Positions 1 through 11,835 of a stretch of 64,000 nt of DNA are shown piece by piece. The translations under genes were made by a program, and so were the position numbers. A model generated the notes under the pieces. That model saw only the letters and a program-made list of their open reading frames with translations, searched no databases and had not been told where the DNA came from. How positions within the stretch are numbered: position 1 is the stretch's first letter; the number at the start of each line of letters is the position of its first letter. The stretch spans positions 6,882,001 to 6,946,000 of the forward strand of contig NW_024704742.1 of the NCBI RefSeq assembly GCF_018977255.1, in the 5' to 3' direction. Source of the DNA: Callorhinchus milii (Eukaryota).

Positions 1-87
1 CCCCTGCTTTCCTCATGTCTTCGCTGATCTCAAAAGATTATACGGTCCTCACTGTGTCTCCCTGATTGCTCTCACACTGTCATGTTA

Positions 88-466
88 ATGATAATAATAA
101 TCCTTGCATTTGATATAGCGCTTTGTCATGTCTTCGAGAAGTTTCAAAGCGCTTCACAGAATAGACTGTAAAGTCAATTGACTGGGTATTTTGTGGGCGA
201 AACACGGCAGCCAATTGTGCACAGCAGCGTCCCACAAACAGTCGTGGATTGAGTGTTCAAAGTTTTTTTATTATTTTTTTAGAAGGAATTATTATGCCCG
301 GAAAAGTGATCTGCCAATCGACCAACAACCTGGTTCCTACTTACTGCTAGGTAAACAGAGGCGTGTGGAGTAAGGAAACTTGCCCAGCATTTCATCCTGT
401 CAGGAATCGAACCCAGGTCCTCTTGCTTGCGAGGAGAATGCTCTAACCACTGAGCTACAGGACTCC
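88..466 (-). mobile_element. Full-length tRNA-derived SINE, family A long form
   Basis: Head GGAGTCCTGTAGCTCAGTGGTTAGAGC...GGTTCGATTCC (Pol III A and B boxes), a body shared with many copies in the window, an L2-like tail and an (ATT)n end. Confidence 0.92.
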
Positions 467-899
467 ATATTATCTTAAGTTCTCTTGCTAACTCAATATT
501 TCTGAGAAACGTTTTATTAATAATGATCATCCTTGCATTTTATAGCGTGCCTTTTACATCGTAAAAAGTGCCGGACAGAATTTTACTGTAACATGTAGTC
601 ACTGTATCACTGTGGGCAACTCAGTCCATGTCTCCGAGACATTATTTGTTTCCTCCAGGATTGTTACGTTCAACATCTGTAATACGTTCCTGAAATCTTC
701 CCATCTCTCTGAATCTCTGATTGCCCTTGCTCTTCCCATCACTTGCCCTGCTTCCTCTGCCCTGCTTGTGTCTTTGAAATGTCCCATCCCTCTCCATGTC
801 CCTGAGACACCCCTTCCTTCTTTCACACCCCGGCAGCTCTCCACATGTCCGATCTGCTCACACCCCACTATCTGCCACCTGAGCTCAGTTGGCTTAGGT

Positions 900-1157
900 T
901 TTCTGCATGACTCTCATCCCCTATACCCCACCATTATTAGCTGTATTTTCAGCCGCTATGCCCTGAATCTCTGGAACTCCCTGCCTCAATCCCTCTGTCT
1001 TGCCCCTTCTTTGCTGGTCTTCATATCACACCCTGACGACTTTCCTCTACCGACTATGACTTTGGTCGTCTCCCTTTCCAGCTCTGCGTCAATCCACAAC
1101 ACTGCTAAGCGCTCTGAGACGCTACCGACGTGGAAACATAAATGCAAGTTATTGTAA
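900..1157 (+). mobile_element. Old L2 LINE 3' fragment
   Basis: Translates to FSRYALNLWNSLPQSL, matching the L2 ORF2 C-terminal FSxxAPxLWNSLP motif, followed by a decayed tail (aagcgctctgagacg...aaatgcaagttattgt). Confidence 0.65.
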
Positions 1158-2154
1158 TATTAGTCACAGTGTTAAAAATTTCTTAACAATGAATGGTGCT
1201 CCAGTTTGTCATTACAACTTTTCCTCGGGGAGGGGAGGGGAGGCCAATTCTCAAATGGTCTCCATGATCCAGAGTGAAAGATTTATCCTTTATAGCGCTT
1301 TGGGACAAACTCCTGACGTGAAAGGCGCTATACAAATGTAATTCGCTGTTTGTTGTTATATCGATCTATATAGTGGCCTCCTCATCCTCCTGCAATGACC
1401 GAGCACAGCCGCGGACAAGAGCAGTATTGAAACAACACATTCAATCATCACTGCGACACTCTGATACCGGTCAGAGTTCACTGTGAGTAACAGACTTGCT
1501 TTCGGAGGGCAGGATATTCATCATTTTCTCTTTTTGAGGCATTTTTGAAACTCTTTAACTCAGGAAACAACAAAACATCCCGCTTGTATTTGTCACTCAC
1601 GGAAACATACTTTGTAGCTTTGACCTTTCAGAGCTCCTGTGGAGGAAGCGTCTCTCTTTTCCCACCTGTATTGAATTTGAAGAAGAATTCTAGTAAAGCA
1701 GGTGGCTCTCTGACTGTGACCCAGAGTATTTTCTGAGCTCAGCACATGTTGAGCAACCATCTGCTTGTCACTGACAGCACCTGTTGCCCATTTGGTTGCA
1801 TGTGGATACCGAAGGCATCTATTTCTCTGACCAGTGTAAAGCCCCACTCCCTGTATTAGCCAGTGTCTGGGGTTAACATATGGCCACGTCTGAGCACATT
1901 TGAGGATGAGTCTGAACAAGTAAATCACTCCAAAACTAAAAGAGGCTTAAATACGTCCCTGCTGAAATCCAGAAAAGCTCTGCAGAGCGGAGAAACTGCT
2001 TAACTCCCTTGGGAGTGATACACAGATTGACAATATCTATGCTTTTCTCACCAGGTGGTTTCACAGGGTTTGTGATTTATCATAATTTTTAATTATTTTC
2101 AGTGAGGATCTATTCCAAACAGCTTTAACCCAGTATTTCAGAGTTCATCCAGCT

Positions 2155-2460
2155 AATAATAATAATAATAATAATCCTTGCATTTGCTTTAGCACCTTTC
2201 ATGTCAGGAGGAAATACCAAAGTGTTTCACAAATATACTGTAAACTGTAGTGACTGGATATTTTGTTGACACACAAGTCAGCCAATTCGTGCACAACAAT
2301 GACCCACAAAGAGGCAATGAAGTAAATGATCAATTTTATGTGAGGAATTGGAGGCCACATCACTTGAAAGAAACTCCCTTCTTGAATTGTGCCACTGGAT
2401 CTTCGATGTCTACCCAAACAAGCAGACGGGTCCTCAGTTTAACGTCTCATCTGACGATGG
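2155..2460 (-). mobile_element. DeuSINE/SacSINE1-like SINE (family B), 5'-truncated
   Basis: Deu-domain-like gagacgttaaactgaggacccgtctgc...agatccagtggcac plus the shared tail and (ATT)n. Confidence 0.75.
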
Positions 2461-3134
2461 AGTATCAGTCCAGTCTTTGTGAGTTTAAAATCCGAAGCTA
2501 CGGTGAAAGAATAGGTCCTCAATTCGAATGGGATTTGGCTGAGCTAGCTGGAGAAGCAGTCACAACAGTCTAATTGGCCATCCTGCCTTGGATTAAGGAG
2601 GGGGCAAAAATACAGATATTTAAATAATAATAAGCAGAATGTTGCTTTGATTGCATGCTTCGGGCAACGCAGCACAATCTTTGTAACACACACTTTTCAA
2701 CAGTGTCTGAACGATGCTTCAGTACAGTGCTTACCTACATTTATTTTGTGTCAGTAGGTTGCAATTAAATTGAGTGATTTTTCACTTCACTTTATTTCGG
2801 GTACGGAACGGCTCTTCTAATTCTGCTCCACTACTAATTGCTCGCTCTGTCATTCCTACAATCAAATTTTCTACCACAATGACCCAGCAAGCGCTTCCTC
2901 TTTTCACCTTCTCCGCCCGTCTTTACAATTCTTTTTAAAATGTATTTCCTTGACTGTGTCTTTCAGTCAAAACCTTCAAATTGCCCCCGCCCCTACCTCC
3001 CCCCCAGGGCTTTGTGATGACCATTGTTTTTGTGAGATGAAGCACAACTGTCCAATTTATGCAAGAGGCACAGTATAGATGTAAGATGTTGATAGAGAAA
3101 CTTGAAATGCAGTTAGCTGCAGGACTGTGCGAAC

Positions 3135-3352
3135 AACCACTTGACACTTTTAAAGTCCCTTTCATGTCCGGAGAACGTCCCAAGGCGCTGGACAGTCAGT
3201 GTTACGGACCCGAGCTGGATGTTGGAATTGGGGAGGGTGGAGGGCGGGGGGGGGGGGGGGAGCAGGGTGGTCGAAAGCACGGTCGAAGAGAAGGGGTTTC
3301 AGATGGGTCTTGAAGGAGGCAAGGGAAGGGGCGAGGCGGAGGGGAGCATCAA
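3135..3352 (-). mobile_element. L2 LINE 3' end fragment
   Basis: Frame LRLAPSLASFKTHLKPLLFDRAF...DCPAPWDVLRT*, homologous to the L2 copy at 11213-11716. Confidence 0.85.
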
Positions 3353-5773
3353 CTGAGCTGATCCTCAACTGAGCTTGAAGCAACTATCTTTACAGGAATG
3401 TATTTTTTTCTACACTTTTCTGTAGGAGAGCTTCTGGCCTCTCTCTGTGACTCGATCAGATGTCCCCAGTGAGCTTGAAACATTGCAAATATGGGGAAAC
3501 CTAGCTGTGAACTTACATCTTGCCACTTGTTACGCAAATTTGGTGTTGCTCCAGGACTCTACGAAGCTCAAGCCGTCTCCAAGAGAAAAAAGATAAATCC
3601 CCTCTAAGGACACGATGGTTAAACATTTGGTTTTTAAAAAAAACACACACACACACACAGACCTGTGGGATTTTTTTACCGACGTGAATTTGTTGCCTTG
3701 CAACAAGCTCAGTTTGGATGCGGGGCTCAAGGAATGAATGGATGCGTTCGAGCAGTGGATCAAGTCGGTCTGTGAGCTTACAGTATTAGTTTGCCAAATG
3801 CAATGAAATAAAACGCAGTTTTCTCACACCAAAGCCGGGCTAAGAAAGAAAGGGGGCAAGGGAACGCGGCTAAGCCAACCTGCTTGGCAAATGCCCAGTC
3901 ATGTGTACCTTGGAGGAGCGGTTGTGTTTTTAAAGGCTTTTTATTATGGGTTTTGAACAGGCACAGTCAACCACAAGAAGCTCAAAAAATAAAGCTGCCA
4001 ATGATGGTGTCTCGCTAACATCACCTATTCACACCTTGGCTCATTTTAAATACTCCTTACACCAGCTCTATCGTCTTTTATCTCACTGTGCTAATGCTGC
4101 TGCTATAGCCACACCACCAAACAATGTCGATTCCTCCTTTTATTTATCTGAGCTTAAAAAAACGGTTATAGCTCTGCTTTTGGGTGCAACAAACCGCCTT
4201 TTAAGTGAGAAACAAAACCATTGAGGTTTGACTATGAAGTATTGAGGTTCGACCCCTGGGAAATTAAAGGTTTGGAGGATTAGACCAACATTAAATCAGT
4301 CAAGAGTAAGCAACTACAAAGGAAGCTGGCGAAGACATCCAGCGCTTTATTACAGGAGCAACTTCTCATCTCAGCCACTCTGATTGTGAATTCAGTCGAG
4401 CTCATTAACCCAAGCCGCTAAAGTACTTGTACAAACAAAACAGGGGTAAGTGTGAGCTCAGTCCTCGGGCTGAATGATCTTGAATAACATATTAGACAAA
4501 GCTTTCAACATTCCCCCTCGCTAGCCTGATCACATCGCTCAATTTATAACTAGGGTTCAAAATTCTTTTGCTGCCATAAAATTCCAATAAAGGCTTCACG
4601 ATACTTGTATTGGCCTCTTATTTTAAATGTGGAAACCGCTATTTCTCATGGCCACAGCCATGAAATGTAATGTAAGATCGCGCAAAGGTTTGTTGAATGA
4701 AAGAGAACAACATAAAATTGGCTTCCAAATTAAATTGAAGAATTTTCCAAACTTCTGCACAGTATTCGAGAGCATTAGCCTACAAAATACACAGTCACTC
4801 CACTTAAATTCCTGTGACACGCTCCAAGGGATTTTCAACAACGTGATAAGACACTATATCATGCAAGATTCATTAGTATTATTTTAAGACGGTGGTCTTA
4901 AAGCTAAGACCAAAAGCCCATTTGGGCCTCAGAAGAGGTCGAATGCATATGAACAAGGAAAGTAAGACTGCTAGAGACTAGGGCCGGGTACAGGGAACTG
5001 TATGAAATGCAGACACTTAGGGTTCACAGCACCGAGATGAAATATTCTTGGAAATGAATTGTCACTGGTGTATTACGCACTTCCTGCATGTTTCACCCAG
5101 TATTTCATTCCTCGCCCAGAACTGCTATGTGAGTGTATTTTAAACTCAATTCTCAATAACACTTGGAAAAGACAATTGCATGTGCACAAAGATAAGAGTG
5201 TTTCCTGAAGTGACCCACCTGCTGACGTTTTTACGTCAGACTAACAAGGACACTTACTATATTGTACACAACAGATAAGTCTCTGGCATTCACAGATATC
5301 ACTCCACGACTGCAGTAAATCTTTTGCTAAGATTTACCTATGTTTTGTCCTGTACTCACAACCACAGCAATGACCTGCCTTCGCTCGAGGTCTTTCACTC
5401 TCTACATATCTTTAAGAATATTTTTTAGTATGTAGTGATGTCAAAGTACTAAAAGTACCATAATGTGTTATGATAATGAACAGTATGTTTTCGTCCTGGA
5501 CAAGAAAGTATCTTTGTTACTGCGAATCTAAGTATTTCTCCCTTTCACTTTTATATATATATATACATATATTTCATATGCACTCTAAGTGCTCTGAGAT
5601 ACTACCCTGCATGAAGGGTGCTTTATAACTGCAAGTTGTTGTTTAGTGACACTAACAATTAACATGCTTATTGGCTCAGCAATCAGACATTATTTAACTC
5701 TTTATCTTTTGGGTAAAGATAGAGATGATTGCAATAACAACATGAATTTATACATTTATATATACAACAGATA

Positions 5774-6102
5774 AGTCACTGTAGCTTAGTTGTTAGAGCG
5801 CTCGCCTCGCAAGCAAGAGATTTGATTCCAGGGCAGTGCAAACCAGTGGGCAAGTTTCTTTACTCTGCATGCCTCTGTTTCTTAGCAGTAAGTAGGAACC
5901 TGGTTGTTAGTCAATCGGCAGATCAGTTTTCCGAGGAGCAACAATCCCTTAAAGCAATAAAAATTTGGTGACTCAATCAGCCACTGTTTGCGGGACACTG
6001 CTGTGTGCAATTGGCTGCCGAGTTTCACCCACAAAATACACAGTCAGTTCACTTTGCAGCATATTCTATGAAACGCTTTGAAACATCATCCCGATGTGAA
6101 AA
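5774..6102 (+). mobile_element. SINE family A long form, near full length, diverged
   Basis: ctgtagcttagttgttagagcgctcgcctcgcaagcaagaga head with the B box partly deleted, then the family A body and tail. Confidence 0.88.
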
Positions 6103-7820
6103 GAAATTTGACATCAATCAAACTTTGCAAAAGTCATATTAACTGTATGGTTAAAAGATCCCATGGCATGATTCAAAAAGAAAAAGGGAGTTTCTCATAG
6201 GGTCCAAGCCAACAATAACAATCCCCCGAATACAATGTGTAATTGACTTCATGGCTGCTTGTTGGACAATGCTGCCCAAAATAATTTGTCACGATGGCCC
6301 ATAATGGCCTTCAAGTGTGCTGTAATCCAGGCTGTGCCTCATCCCACTTGCTAAGTGGTGCTAGTGTCACTGAATACTGTACACAGCCTTTGTGTAGTTT
6401 GATGAATTGGCCCACAACACAACATGCAAATACGTTAACCCTTTAACTATTCAACTGCTGGAATGATGAGTCCACGGTGCAGATCTGGAAGCTGCCCTTT
6501 CGCAACTCTACCGCTGTCTTCTTACATTGGAATACATTAGAATATACAGCACAGAAACAGGTCATTTGGCCCAATTGGTCTATGCCAGTGTTTATGCTCC
6601 ACATGAGCCTACTGCTGCTCTTCCTCAGCCTTATCACTAAAACTATATCAATAATCTATCATTCACTTAACTGCTGTTTGTGGGGCACTACTGTGCACAA
6701 AAATTGGCTACCGCATTCACCTACAAAGTGCACAGCCAGTATGCCTTGTGAACCGCTTTGAAATGTTCTCCCGACGTTAAAGGCACTAAATCAAATGTAA
6801 GGATTAAGATTATTAAAAGAGCTCAAAGATATGTCCTGCCATTCTGACTTGTGAAGCAGATGTTACGATACATTAAGTAGATATCATGTAGGTGGATTTC
6901 ATTTTCCATCTCGTCAGTGGACATATAAATATATGAGAGGTCCAAATCTGGGTAACAAGCAAGAATGATCTGTTTGTTAATATTGGATGTCAAAACACGA
7001 TTCCAGCTGTGCATGATCAACAGATGTTGGACAGTTTCCTGTTTGTTGCATGCTGAAAATATAAATACAGTTAGTGCTTATTTCTCACAGTAAATCGAAA
7101 TGTTTCATTGTATAAATATGGTTTAAAATAGGTTTTACACTACCCGTGAAAGTGTTTCCACATAGCTCCTGTTCCCCATTTTAAATCACTTTACGGTTAG
7201 CTTTTAAAGTTTAATATGCTGGCGTGGTCCAGCTTCAAAGAAAATTACTGCAACTTCCTCATCTTTAAACTTAGTTATGGCACATTGGAGATCAGTCGAT
7301 ATGCTTTCTTTCATTAATAATGGGGCAAAATCACACAAAAAAATTGAAAATCTCGAACTTTCATTACCTTTCTCTTATATATTGCATTTTAGCTATTTTT
7401 CGGTGTCTTAATCTGGTATTTATCCTTTTATAGAATTATTTGTTATGTTTCGATAGCTTTTTATTCCTCCGGTGGAAATTTTCATTATATATTACTGATC
7501 CTCTTACTACTCTTGAGACGCTATCACATGTGAAGCGTACTGTATAAGTTCGAGAACTATTTATTTATGTCCTTGTGAGGATTCTTGTTCATACCGAGTA
7601 ACAGTTCTCCACGCAGATAATCTTTTTTCAACCTGCCTGCCCATACTCGTGATACAGGAGATTGACCAGACATAAAATGCCAGTGTAATACCAAGCACCA
7701 TGTCAAGCATGCAATGTAACACTGCTCCAATGTCAATGGAGAAAAGAAAGTATCAAGAATATTGACTAAAAGCTTCAGTGAAACAAAATATTTTAAAGAC
7801 TGGGAGAAAGGAAAGAAGGT

Positions 7821-8057
7821 AAAACAGAAGTCACTGGGAATACGCAGCAGACCAGGCAGCATCTATGGAGAGAGGAAAATGAGTTAACGTTTGCAGGTGA
7901 TGACCTTTCGTCAAAACGATCTGAAGTGACCTTTCGTCATCGACCTGAAACGTTAACCCATTTTCTCTCTCCATAGATGCTGCCTGACCTGCTGCCTGTT
8001 CCCAGCGACTTCTGTTTTTATTTCAGATTTCCAGCATCTGCAGTATTTTGCCTTTTG
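7821..8057. mobile_element. Palindromic Penelope-like (pLTR-derived) non-autonomous element
   Basis: Inverted arms of about 85 bp (7821-~7905 and ~7934-8018). The arms carry a decayed TGAYGA-stem-GAAACGTTAAC motif. Homologous single arms occur at 51787-51886 and 63715-63806. The family assignment is from recollection of shark repeats. Confidence 0.6.
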
Positions 8058-10011
8058 AAGGCAAAACAGTTTTGGATGAAAAATCCTGATGGCAGGGGGA
8101 CCCGGGCTGAAGAGACAGCCATCAATTGTAGGATGGCGACAGTGTGGAACAAGCGATAGACCAGAATAGAAAGAGTGCGTGTGTGTGTGTCTGTGTGGAG
8201 GGGTATTGCCAACAGGATTGGAAGATATTGTATAATAGGGAAGAACAAGGATGTGAAGGGATTTGAAGGTCAGGACTTGGATCTTAAAGTCAATCCACTG
8301 GGATACAAGGAGTTATGTGAGTTGCCAACTATGTGTAAATGGATAATACAAATGAGTTTACATATGGTTTATACCACTTGCTCTCTATAGATACTGACTG
8401 AGAGCCAAATAATGGGCACTTTGTGCTGTGGACTCACATTCACTGTTACCTGGTTAAGAACTTAGTTCACTAAAGACCCTTACAGCTGTTATGGAAAAGA
8501 CATTCATCTCATTCCAATGTGCGTGTGGGCTGCACTGGACTAACAGGCACCCAAACCATGATAAACTACCACTTATAATGCTACAAACAAAAGGTAAGCC
8601 TGGCATTGATTTCACTTCACTTTAAAGAGAGACTTAATGAAAAAGTACTTACTGAGATTCTCTATGGATTTTAAACACGCCAGTCAACCTCACGTATGGT
8701 TAGTGTTGCCTGACTTGTGTGTAATACCAGTCATATCATTTTGGCTACTGGTCGTATTTGTACAACTGGGATTAAATGTCACTTGAGAGACTTTTGGTGC
8801 CAGATTATTGAAAAAAAATATCCCTTGACCATTACAACATTGGACGGGAACAAAATTAATGATCGCTTGAATGCTCAAGTAATTTTTAACCAGACGATTT
8901 TCATTATTCGAGACATCTTCCTGACGTGAAACAAACTACAGTTTCACGTCAGGAAGATGAAATCACATAAGCCATATCAGTTGGGACCCTACATTTAATA
9001 TGATTTCTGCAAAGGTATGAGTTACGTCAAAGTTCTTTTCAGACGTATCAAAGTGTTTCACAGGATGTATCGGAAAGTCCAGCAACTCTGAGGATCATTG
9101 GCTAAAAATGGTTCACATTTTTAAAACTAGAACAGGTTAATTAAACATCCGATTCGGTTTTCAGACTGACGTACCTCCGGAAACATTGATGATTACAAGT
9201 GTACGTTTCTCCACTTGTCCATAAGGGTCAATAGTTCACAGTCTGCCGCTCTCAAATAGTCAGGCAGGATTTCCAACAAAATTGCACTATAATATAGGAT
9301 TATTGCTGTACGATCGGGGTAATAAGATGGACAGGTTCAAGTTCTTAGAAAATATAGTCCTGGCATTAAACTGTGTCAAATGAGGTGAGTACGTATTTCC
9401 GTTTTGGTTGCTCTCTGCTATCCAGCACACTGTTCATCTTGAAGCAAAGTCTGCTACCTGCTGCACGGCATCAGGGCAAACGAGCATTGCATAAAATCCA
9501 GGCCATGGACACCATAAAGCAACTGAACAAACCCGCGTATAGTTCTGTCCATCTAATCGGAGTTAAAGGAATCAGAAGTGAAACGCGCTTCACATTTTGA
9601 GTGTCAATATCTTTACGATCCTCATTCTTGAATATTGCTAGTCAGAGTAATGAGCTTCCCAGCGACTTGGCCTGTGACCAAACCTTTTCTCAAAAAAGCA
9701 TGTGTTAGAGATTCTTTCAGCACTTCACAATGTCTGATGTGCAATCCCTTAAGACTCAAAGACAACTGCGTTTGCAAGGAATTCTTTCCTTTTCCACCTC
9801 TGGCGTCTGCATAACACTGGAAATAAAAAAATATGTCTGTGCCTAAAGGACTATTTATATTGTGTTGTAAAATGGCCAGTTCCTGAAACTACCTTGATTA
9901 AGGGGGTGGGGATTGCCCAGGAAACCCAGTCGACCAACGGACAGTAGAAGTGGAAATATAAATATAAATCACTATATAAATTCAAGATGTTATGCTGTGC
10001 TGTGCTCTCAC

Positions 10012-10355
10012 TAATAATATTCCTTGCATTTGCTATAGCGCCTTTCACTTCGCGAGGGTGTCCGAAAGGGCTTCATAGTGGTGAGACTGTGTGCATTTTG
10101 TGGGTGAATGTGGCAGTCAATTTGTGCATAGCAATGTCCTACAAACAGCCATGAAGTGAATGACGAATTCTATTTGGGGGAATTGTTGGCCAGGACAGGC
10201 AGATGGGACCTCGGTTTAACGTCTCATCTGAAGAACAGCACCTCCAACAATGCAGTACACCCCTGCAATGGAGTATCAGCTTAGACTATATGAGTTGCAA
10301 ATCCTTGAACCCACAACCTTCTGACTCCGAGGTGAGAGTGCTACCATCCCAGACT
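10012..10355 (-). mobile_element. DeuSINE/SacSINE1-like SINE (family B), near full length
   Basis: Head ggtagcactctcacctcggagtcagaaggttgtgggttcaag, Deu core cagatgagacgttaaaccgaggtccc, shared tail. Confidence 0.8.
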
Positions 10356-11129
10356 GACTACCTTTCAACATGGACAGAAAATGAAAATAATTATTGAGAG
10401 TTTTACTGAGTTTCTCTCCTCCTCCATTTTCTCCCCTTTTTGACACAAAATCATAGACTCCCAAAAACCCTGGAGAAACGGTGGCTTTTTATTTTGTGGG
10501 TAAAAGAAGACAACAGCAGTAGTCCTTAGCACTGTATTGTATAGTCACAACAGCTGGAACCCATCATTCAGGTAACATCTATTACTGAACTCTCTCCGGA
10601 AAAATAAGCAGAGTAAGGAGTTAAGAGTAGCAGTCTGAAGTCACTTTAAAATTAAATAGCAGAAATATAGAATTGCAGGCCATACTGCTGTATTGCTGAT
10701 GAATAAAAAAGTGTGTCGCTGATGAATAAAATATCTGGAATGCAAACATCGTTTATCCAGCCAAAAAATAATGAGAAGACTTAGGGAGCTCCTAACTGGC
10801 TGCCAGATCCACTTGCTTACCGATCCTCTGACCTACCTGATCCCCAAGGCGAGAAGGATCTATTTTTTCATAGAGTGAGACGCGTGGGATCGAGTCGGGG
10901 AGGGGTGGGGTGGGGACAATATAAACCGCATGTACGGGCTCCCCAAAGCTGCTGGCATTTCTCAAGTCTAAAATTCGTGTAAAATACAACGCAAACCGTA
11001 TTTTGGGAGGGGGACTTGCGCCATTATCAAAACTTTTGCAGCCACTTAACGTTGATGCGAATTGACCTTAGGCATGGGAGGCAGAGTTGTGATTAGTCGA
11101 GCATGTCTCACTGTACTTCCCTCCGTTGA

Positions 11130-11835
11130 CAAAGATTGTAATAGCAGGTCAGGTACTGTAACAGCTCGCAACAATTGCAACAATCTGCCTATAACAGATT
11201 GCCAGATACTGTACAACAACAACAACAACAACAAAATGACATTTATAGAACACCTTTCACGTCAGGAGGACATCCCAAAGCGCTGAACAGTCAGGTGTCG
11301 GGGCCCGAGCATAGGGGAGGGGTGGTGTAGGGGTGAGGGAAGGCAGAGAGGTGGGAGGGAGACAGAACGCACGGTCGAAGAGAAGGGTCTTGAGACCATC
11401 CTTGAGGGAGGCGAGGGAGGAAGCGAGGAGAGGGGACCGTGGGATGGAGTTCCAGAGTGTGGGGGCAGAGAGGCTGAAAGCCCGGCCACCGATGGTAGGG
11501 TGGGTCGGGCGGGAGACATGGAGCAGGCCGGAGTCCGCTGAACGGAGGGAGCGGGCAGGTTGGTAGGGAGTCAGCAGGTCAGAGAGGTAGGAGGGGGCAA
11601 GGCCATGGATGGTCTTAAAGGTGAGGATGAGGATCTTGAATTCGATCGTCTGGGGGACGGGGAGCCAGTGGGTCGGGCAAGGGTGGCAGTGATGGGGTCA
11701 CGGAGCCTGGTGTAATGAATTATCAGAGACTGTAAGACTGCCAGAGATTTTAACGGACTGCCAAAGAGATTGTAACCAGCTGATGGAGACGGTACCTGGC
11801 TGATAACTAGCTGTCAGACTCCGTAACTAGCTGCC
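11130..11835. repeat. Degenerate ~20-bp minisatellite (consensus about AGAGACTGTAACAGACTGCC) split by an L2 insertion
   Basis: Related units lie on both sides of the L2: aaagattgtaatagcaggtc, aggtactgtaacagctcgc, cagagactgtaagactgcc, agagattttaacggactgcc, agagattgtaaccagctg. Confidence 0.6.
11213..11716 (-). mobile_element. L2 LINE, 5'-truncated, relatively young (ORF2 C-terminus uninterrupted)
   Basis: 11670->11257 reads HWLPVPQTIEFKILILTFKTIHGLAPSYLSDLLTPYQPARSLRSADSGLLHV...GGRAFSLSAPTLWNSIP...LKTLLFDRAF...ALWDVLLT*, the typical L2 ORF2 C-terminus, and ends in a (GTT)n tail. Confidence 0.93.

Noticed and set aside
88-466. tRNA genes at the SINE heads (also 17715, 25340, 37702)
   Set aside because: Each continues into the same SINE body and L2-type tail and carries copy-specific arm mutations, so these are retroposon heads rather than tRNA genes.
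612-1157. 181-aa ORF
   Set aside because: Low-complexity pyrimidine-rich sequence plus a decayed L2 3' end; no gene structure.
9851-10048. Possible next FAT4 exon (contains SGTG)
   Set aside because: No DxNDN or other cadherin motif and no matching splice phase; the ORF starts within a SINE tail.
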